From the IMG/VR virus record IMGVR_UViG_3300004282_000003, positions 1-54,632 of that record: a DNA stretch of 54,632 bases, one strand, 5' to 3'. A model generated the notes under the pieces. The model searched no databases. It was not told the origin of the DNA and worked only from the letters and a program-made list of their open reading frames with translations. Positions 48,766-54,632 of this stretch are shown here, piece after piece. Within the stretch, counting starts at the first letter, position 1, and every line of letters starts with the position of its first letter. The position numbers and the translations under genes are program-made. The DNA is from a virus. Taxonomy: Duplodnaviria > Caudoviricetes.

Positions 48766-49389
48766 TTATTTTTTCCCTCCTTTTTTCTTTTTACTAATTT
48801 TACCATTAGAAATTGTTTCCCATGTAAAACTTCCATTACCACCACCACGCCAACAACCAATTCCTTGATCTCCACCATAATCAAGAATTGATTCTATTTT
48901 ATCCCAAGTTAATTCACTATGTTTATATAAACGTAAAATAAATTCAATTGAGGTTCCTTCATTAACATAATCAGAACAAGCTAAAGATATTCTTTGTCCT
49001 CTAGCTGTTTGTCCTATCATTGGACGTTCTATTTGTCCATCTGGTTTTTCTTTAATCCAAATAAATCTTGGATAGACAAATAAAAAATCTACAACTTTGG
49101 ATCTTAATGCTTTAACTTTTAACATATTTTTACATACATTTGCTGCGTGTTTTAAAAATCCCTTAATTTGATAATTAACAAAATAAATACCTTCTTCATC
49201 TGTATGAAAAATAGTTTTACTTTTGCGTTTTTCTGTAGTTTCTTCTGGAAGCATTTCTAACTCTTCTTCCAAGTTTTCTGATTCTTGTCCTATGAATTGT
49301 GTATATAATTCTTTATTCTCTGGTGACATTGCTAGACATGGAGTTGTAAAAGTTATTTTAAATTTTCTTTCCTCAAATTCCAATCCCAT
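48766..49389 (-). CDS. Stand-alone Cas7/RAMP-like RRM protein
   Basis: First strand ITFTTPCLA, QIKGFLK (cf. RAMP SxKGxxR helix), thumb-like ERP..QTARGQRISLACSD, and C-terminal G-rich loop LDYG...GIGCWRGGGNGSF. Start ATG 49389 after GAGGG. Confidence 0.78.
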   Translation of the reverse strand: MGLEFEERKFKITFTTPCLAMSPENKELYTQFIGQESENLEEELEMLPEETTEKRKSKTIFHTDEEGIYFVNYQIKGFLKHAANVCKNMLKVKALRSKVVDFLFVYPRFIWIKEKPDGQIERPMIGQTARGQRISLACSDYVNEGTSIEFILRLYKHSELTWDKIESILDYGGDQGIGCWRGGGNGSFTWETISNGKISKKKKGGKK

Positions 49390-49408
49390 AATTTTTTCCC
49401 TCACTTGT

Positions 49409-49437
49409 ACTATAACTTTATTTTTACAGAAAGTCAA
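49409..49437 (-). promoter_or_regulatory. sigma70 promoter for the RAMP gene and array
   Basis: TTGACT (49432-49437)-17 nt-TATAGT (49409-49414). Confidence 0.7.
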
Positions 49438-49633
49438 CTAGCTATTTTTTTAAAATCAATTGGTTTTTGTCTTACTGATTTTAATATTTCTTCTATTGGT
49501 AAATCACATTCTGGAGAAATTTTATAAACTATGGTTTCATAAACTAACATACACTTTTTACATTTATAAATATGACTATTTTTAGTTGTAGTTGGTATAT
49601 AATTCATAAAACCATAACATTTAAGACATTGAT

Positions 49634-50107
49634 TCATTTCTTTTTCAATCTCCTTTTCTTACTTTTACTTTTGTCATAAGATGATCTTATATAATCATAT
49701 GTAGAAAATAAAATACAATGTTTATTGTACAAACTTTCTTCTTTAAACAATGTAGAATATAAAATAAGAATCAAATGACTTTTTATTAAAATAATTCTGT
49801 GTATTTTTGGATCTCTTTCTTCTATAAGATTAGAATAATTTTCTTTTCTAGATTCAGATAAATAAAACCAATTTGATACACTTTCTGGTCCTGGGATATT
49901 TGATTCAGAACCACTACCATAACAAACACATTCTTGTAGAAAACTTATTGCATCTTTTGTATTATCTATTCTTCTTAAAGAAAATTTATTACTTCTTTTT
50001 TTGCTTACTCTTTTTAGTTTTCTTCTTTTGGTTTTCTCTACGATCTCTTTCTTCAGGATTATTCTTATCGGTTTTGATTTTCTTTTTATCTTTATTCTTT
50101 TTGTCAT
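49634..50107 (-). CDS. Hypothetical highly basic protein
   Basis: K/R-rich termini. Confidence 0.55.
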   Translation of the reverse strand: MTKRIKIKRKSKPIRIILKKEIVEKTKRRKLKRVSKKRSNKFSLRRIDNTKDAISFLQECVCYGSGSESNIPGPESVSNWFYLSESRKENYSNLIEERDPKIHRIILIKSHLILILYSTLFKEESLYNKHCILFSTYDYIRSSYDKSKSKKRRLKKK

Positions 50108-50110
50108 TCA

Positions 50111-50365
50111 TTATTTACTCCTTAAATTTGCTTTTTTTAAATTTGCTTTTTTTAAATTTGCTTTTTTTGATATACCAAGGGATTCCATAATTCGTTTTTC
50201 AAGTTCAGATTTCATTGGGACAATTCCATTTAATGTTCTACTCAAAATAGTTTCAGATGGCGATCCTCCAAGAGCTTTTCGTAACTTCCACAATGGAATT
50301 TTTTGTTCTTTAATTATTTTATATAAAGGATGTTCAATTATTTCAATATCTGATATTAATTTCAT
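50111..50365 (-). CDS. XRE-like HTH protein with KKANL x3 tail
   Basis: LWKLRKALGGSPSETILSRTLNG; 15-nt unit aaatttgcttttttt x3 at 50124-50168. Confidence 0.6.
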   Translation of the reverse strand: MKLISDIEIIEHPLYKIIKEQKIPLWKLRKALGGSPSETILSRTLNGIVPMKSELEKRIMESLGISKKANLKKANLKKANLRSK

Positions 50366-50894
50366 TACTTACTCCTTTCTTATATTTCTTAAATTAGGAT
50401 CAGCATTAGGTAGTGGTTCTCTTATATTGAATTGATGTTTAGCCAAAGCTTTTGATGTTATTAAAAACATTTCTTTTCCTTCTTTAGTTGTAATATCTGG
50501 AGAAAGAAGATAAAAAAACTCTTTTAGATCAAAATAATCTTTCTCTTCTGAAAATTCAATTGGTTTTTCATAACCACTACTAAAAATAATTTTTATTGAT
50601 TTATATAGATCAATGAATTGTATTAATTCTACTGATCTTAAATCAATAACTGTTTCTTTTATTCTTATTAACATATTTATTCTTCTCCTTCTATGAGTTC
50701 TATTCTTCCTCTATGAAGGGCAGTAAAAAATTCTATTGTTGGATGTTTTTCTCTAGTAAGTTCTAATGCTTTTTCAAGAGTAGAAGCAACAACGTGACAA
50801 TGAATATTATCTTTCCAGGTTTTTTTTGGATCTTCAGATCTTTTGCTTCCCTGTATTTCCCAATATATTTTATTTTTCATTTTTGTCCTTTTAT

Positions 50895-50910
50895 GGGGGG
50901 TTTCCCCCCC
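50895..50910 (-). terminator. GAAA-tetraloop hairpin
   Basis: Minus strand GGGGGG-GAAA-CCCCCC. Confidence 0.55.
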
Positions 50911-51288
50911 TATTTCTTAATTGATTATTCTGTTTCCTCAGTATCTTCATCAACAGCTTCTTCGTCTGCAACTATGACTTCTGGTTCAAGAGGAATGTAT
51001 TTTCCAAATTCTTTTTTCCATCTTGATACACTCAAAGGAACTCCTGTTTTCTCATTGCAAATATAACAAGTTTTCCATTGTCCATTAGAAATTGTAAAAG
51101 TTATTTCTTCCTCTTCACCATCTTCAGAGTAAGTAGAAAAATATAAACAACCACTATCAATGCTTATAGTATCTGCAAAGACATAAATTTCTTCTTGTTC
51201 ACTTATGGCTTTATATACTTTAATACAATAACAATTTACACCCCAATCTTCTGCTTCTTTAAATTGTGATTTATCCATTATTTCTCCT

Positions 51289-51822
51289 TTAAAGTGGTTG
51301 AATTACAAAACCTGTTTTTTCTTTTCTAATTTTACTGTGAGTTAAAAATAATTTGTTAAAGTTCTGTTTCTTTTTTAAATTTATTTTCTTTATTATATAC
51401 CCTCCTAGTTTTTTAGTTTGTTTAATTTTTAAAATATCCCCTTCTATTATTAAATTTAAACCTAGTACATGAAGAATTTCTCTGTTTATTTCTTGTATCA
51501 CCCCCATTTCTATTAAAGCTAATAGATCTATTTCTGTACAGGTTTCCTCCATAGATAACGATAGTATTCCTTGTTTTGCAAAATTAATTATTTGTTCTTT
51601 TAGTATTATTCTTATATCATTGTCAAAAGATTTTCTTGGAAACTTTTTTACTATTCTTCCCCTCTTACATTTAATACATTTTTTTATTTCTTTTATCTTT
51701 TCTTCTTGTTCTTCATCAAAATTTTTCTCAGGTGGATTTTTTGCTAATTCTTGTCTTTTTATACAACTTTTAGTTGTTATAATTGAATTATTCTTTTTGC
51801 ATTTCATTCCCCCCTCCACCAA
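51289..51822 (-). CDS. Hypothetical Cys-containing protein
   Basis: C...CIKRQ...CIKC N-terminal domain. Confidence 0.5.
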   Translation of the reverse strand: MVEGGMKCKKNNSIITTKSCIKRQELAKNPPEKNFDEEQEEKIKEIKKCIKCKRGRIVKKFPRKSFDNDIRIILKEQIINFAKQGILSLSMEETCTEIDLLALIEMGVIQEINREILHVLGLNLIIEGDILKIKQTKKLGGYIIKKINLKKKQNFNKLFLTHSKIRKEKTGFVIQPL

Positions 51823-52302
51823 TAACTTCTCTATTTAATTTCTTTCTTTTGGTTGGGAGAAATGTTGATATTCTATCAAATTCACTATTTAATACTATTG
51901 GTTCTACAAAACATCTTATTTTTTGATATATTTCTTTGGTTATTTTGTTTTCAAAAAAGATTTTCTTATCAAAATAGGAAGCAATAGTAATTTTCATTAT
52001 TGATTGTATTGATAAGTTACTATTTGTTCCATTTAGAATTAATATAGCATGAGAACTTAATATTAATTCTATTTCTTTGTTAAATACCGCTTTTTCTAGG
52101 AGAACAACATAATTGTTGTTTGGATCTCTAGATCTTATTTGTTTAATTGCATTAATGTCAATATCTTTACCATCAAAATGAATAATTAATGGTATATTTG
52201 TTAATATATGTTTTAATTCTAGTAATTTTTCAATGTCTTTTGTTGTTGGAGAAAAAGATTCTTCGATTACAAATATTCTCATTTCCCCCCCTGTTATAAA
52301 AA

Positions 52303-52338
52303 GAGGGTATAGAACTTTTTACAGTAAACTATACCCTC
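52303..52338. terminator. 10-bp hairpin
   Basis: gagggtatag ... ctataccctc, downstream of the histone-like gene. Confidence 0.5.
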
Positions 52339-52368
52339 CTTCTGTGAAAATAAAAAATGTTGCTTGTT

Positions 52369-52758
52369 TTATTCTACTTCTGATTCTACTTTTCCCTTAG
52401 ATTCTTGTAAAATAACTCTAAACTCTTTGCAAAGTTTAGTAATATTCATACAATGTTGCCTTGCAACTTTAATGGAAGACTTGTTAGCATAATCAACAAA
52501 TTTATTTACAGCTAATCGGAGTTCTTTCATTTCAGATTCAAGATCAGAGTAATAATCTGTAATAGAATCTTGAACCTTTTCAGGAACAGAATATGTTACT
52601 CCTACAGGTCTTCCTCTTTTCTTTTCAACTTTCTTTTTACTTTTCTTTTCTGGTTCTTTTTCCTTTGTAGATTTTACTACTTTTTTCTTAGGCAATTCTT
52701 CTTCCTTAACAATTTTCTTAAAAACTTTCTTTTTACTTCCTGCAACTGGCCTAGGCAT
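52369..52758 (-). CDS. Histone H1-like (Hc1-type) protein with an AT-hook
   Basis: Lys-rich N-terminus, KKRGRP, and helical NKSSIKVARQHCMNITKLCKEFR resembling the Hc1 core. Confidence 0.65.
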   Translation of the reverse strand: MPRPVAGSKKKVFKKIVKEEELPKKKVVKSTKEKEPEKKSKKKVEKKRGRPVGVTYSVPEKVQDSITDYYSDLESEMKELRLAVNKFVDYANKSSIKVARQHCMNITKLCKEFRVILQESKGKVESEVE

Positions 52759-53230
52759 AATCTTTTTCCTTTTTTAGTTTTTAAATTAATGTTATTAACA
52801 AAATTACCAGCAAAATTACTCTTCTTCCTTTGTTTTATTTTCTTTCTGTAAATTTAATACACCAATTGGAATATTACTTTCTTTTTTAAAAATTAATACT
52901 TTGTTTGTTGTTTCCTTTCCTAAAAATTTTTTTAATTTAAAAAAATGTAGTTCTCCTTTTAGTTTTGTGAAGTAGTTATAATAAATAATGTCTGCAAAAT
53001 GATCTCCAAAAACAACTTTACTTCCATTTACTACTGGTTGTGTTTCTATGTCAAGAGAAAAAGTTAAATTCTCTTTATCAAAGGAAAATTTTTTATATTT
53101 TATATTTAACTTTGGTAATTTTTTTAAACCAAAGTGAGCAAAGTTTTTATTATCAGTGAAAGCATATCCAGAGAAGAAAAGCCTATCACTATCAAAAATA
53201 GATTCTTCTTTCTTTTTTAGCTTTACTTTT

Positions 53231-53716
53231 TTAGTAGTCTTCATCTCTGTATTCAACTCCAGCATATTCTCGTCCTATTTCATCTTTAACATCTTGAAAA
53301 TATTGTTGTAGAGAATATTTATTTTTTTTATCAGAACAATATTTTTCAATTTTATAACAAATAAGTTTTCTCCAAAAAGCTTTTGGATTCCAAGTTGGAC
53401 AAATTTCTTGTGGTCTAACTGCTTTGGAAAAATAACCACAACAACCATTTAAAACAGCTATTTTCTTAAAAAATCTATTAAAAGGACTTAAACCAATATA
53501 ATGTTCACAAGATTCACAACAAGAAATCTTGAAAACAAAATCTAAACCAAAGTGTATTTTTAAGTGATTTGTGTATAAAAGTTCTATAAATTCATTGGAA
53601 CCATCAACACTATTAAAATTTTCTTGTATTGTTTCTGCAATTCCTCCTAAAACATCATAAAGTTCTGCTCTTTCACGAAACCTATCTTTAACTTTTTTAT
53701 TTAAAGGCCAAGACAT
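53231..53716 (-). CDS. Hypothetical Cys-cluster protein
   Basis: CCESCEH...GCC...CPTW. Confidence 0.5.
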   Translation of the reverse strand: MSWPLNKKVKDRFRERAELYDVLGGIAETIQENFNSVDGSNEFIELLYTNHLKIHFGLDFVFKISCCESCEHYIGLSPFNRFFKKIAVLNGCCGYFSKAVRPQEICPTWNPKAFWRKLICYKIEKYCSDKKNKYSLQQYFQDVKDEIGREYAGVEYRDEDY

Positions 53717-53783
53717 AATTTAAAATCACCCCCTTCCGTTTTTCTTATTGTTAATTTTCTTTTAACAGAAGCTAAAAGAGAAG

Positions 53784-54632
53784 TCAAGCATTATTTTTAT
53801 CTTTTTTATCCTCTCCAAAGGATTCATACCCTGGAGTGTTTCTAATGTAGCGAAAGAATTGACCTTTTACATCTCCACTTATTAAATAATTTATATTTGG
53901 AACCCAATCAGACTTATTACCTGTTATTTTGTAAGCATACTCAAAGTATTGGCTAATATAAGTATTTATGGTGAAATCACAAAGATTCAAAGTCAAATGA
54001 TCTTTAACCATGTTATCAGAAAAAATTGAAAGTCTAGTTAAATTAGAATAAATTTCATCGTTAGCAAGTTTTTTAGATCCTTTGAAAAAATATTTTATTA
54101 GATACTTTTTTACTCTTTCAAGTGTTTTCTCATATTTGGAACCAATACCATAAATTTTATTAAATGCTTTTTCTTTTGGAAGCAAACAACTTTCAAACCA
54201 ATCTTGATAAAAACTAGGAACAACTAAAAAGTTATCAAGAAATTTTATATTTGATTTTCTATATTTTAATTGAGGATGTTGTTTAGTTATATTTACAAAA
54301 TTATCTATTGCTAGTTTAAAATTATCAGTAGTTATTTTATGAGTAAACATTCTATAAGTAATAGCAAGTCTAATAAGTTTAAATGTGTTGCTTTCTACAC
54401 TATCCAAAGAAATTCTATGTTTTGCAAATCTATCTGTATCTGATAAATTCCAAGTTTTTATTATTTCCAATACATCTTCATTTTTTGCTGGCAATATATT
54501 TTTTTCTACAAGAGTTTCAAAACTTTTAAGCAACCATCTATGAGAATCAATATGGGTGAGAAAACTTTTTGGATCAATGTCATAATCGGAGAAAGTGACA
54601 AAATTCCTTTTTAGTACAAATCTTTTAGGTTT
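53784..54632 (-). CDS. Hypothetical protein, 5' truncated by window
   Basis: Frame stays open from 54533 to the window end (KPKRFVLKRNF...). Confidence 0.6.
   Translation of the reverse strand, partial: KPKRFVLKRNFVTFSDYDIDPKSFLTHIDSHRWLLKSFETLVEKNILPAKNEDVLEIIKTWNLSDTDRFAKHRISLDSVESNTFKLIRLAITYRMFTHKITTDNFKLAIDNFVNITKQHPQLKYRKSNIKFLDNFLVVPSFYQDWFESCLLPKEKAFNKIYGIGSKYEKTLERVKKYLIKYFFKGSKKLANDEIYSNLTRLSIFSDNMVKDHLTLNLCDFTINTYISQYFEYAYKITGNKSDWVPNINYLISGDVKGQFFRYIRNTPGYESFGEDKKDKNNA

Noticed and set aside
50124-50168. 15-nt triple repeat as a regulatory array
   Set aside because: It is an in-frame slippage repeat encoding KKANL at a protein C-terminus.
3892-52851. Numerous + strand ORFs antisense to minus-strand genes (e.g. 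4408, 9657, 17539, 27765, 32980, 33459, 50001)
   Set aside because: These are F/S/L/I-rich shadow frames of Lys/Glu-rich genes, with no RBS or motifs.
1-54632. tRNA/rRNA genes, integrase, transposase, capsid or terminase genes
   Set aside because: None were recognised by eye; tRNAscan-SE and HMM searches would be needed to exclude divergent ones.

Overview
This is a gene-dense, very AT-rich (roughly a quarter G+C by eye) segment of a large lytic dsDNA bacteriophage, probably of a Gram-negative host (inferred from the GT9 glycosyltransferase, a lipoprotein and a GH24 lysozyme). Positions 1-2371 (+) are the end of a glycosyltransferase/lipoprotein/amidase cluster. Positions 2360-34200 (-) form a replication, recombination and nucleotide module: primase, SF2 and DnaB helicases, 5'-3' exonuclease, class II RNR, ThyA-like protein, SbcC split around SbcD, macrodomain, resolvase, RecA, SSB, UvsY-like protein, a Ycf46-AAA/DUF1257/DUF2997 module and a two-gene UDG-PolA. 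Positions 34300-43120 (-) are an early-type array of small genes separated by repeated intergenic motifs and hairpins. A two-gene (+) island sits between 23-bp inverted repeats at 43231-44978. Positions 45200-54632 (-) hold small genes, a lysozyme and a histone-like protein. The top candidate system is a stand-alone Cas7/RAMP-like gene (48766-49389) with its own sigma70 promoter, followed directly by about 390 nt of non-coding, 5-nt-periodic GWN-NN array. This may be an RNA-guided system that is not a CRISPR. Also notable are a KRKLTLRK-type peptide shared by unrelated proteins and an unannotated Acb2/Tad1-like gene broken by one TAA. All family calls come from reading motifs by eye; no database searches were run.
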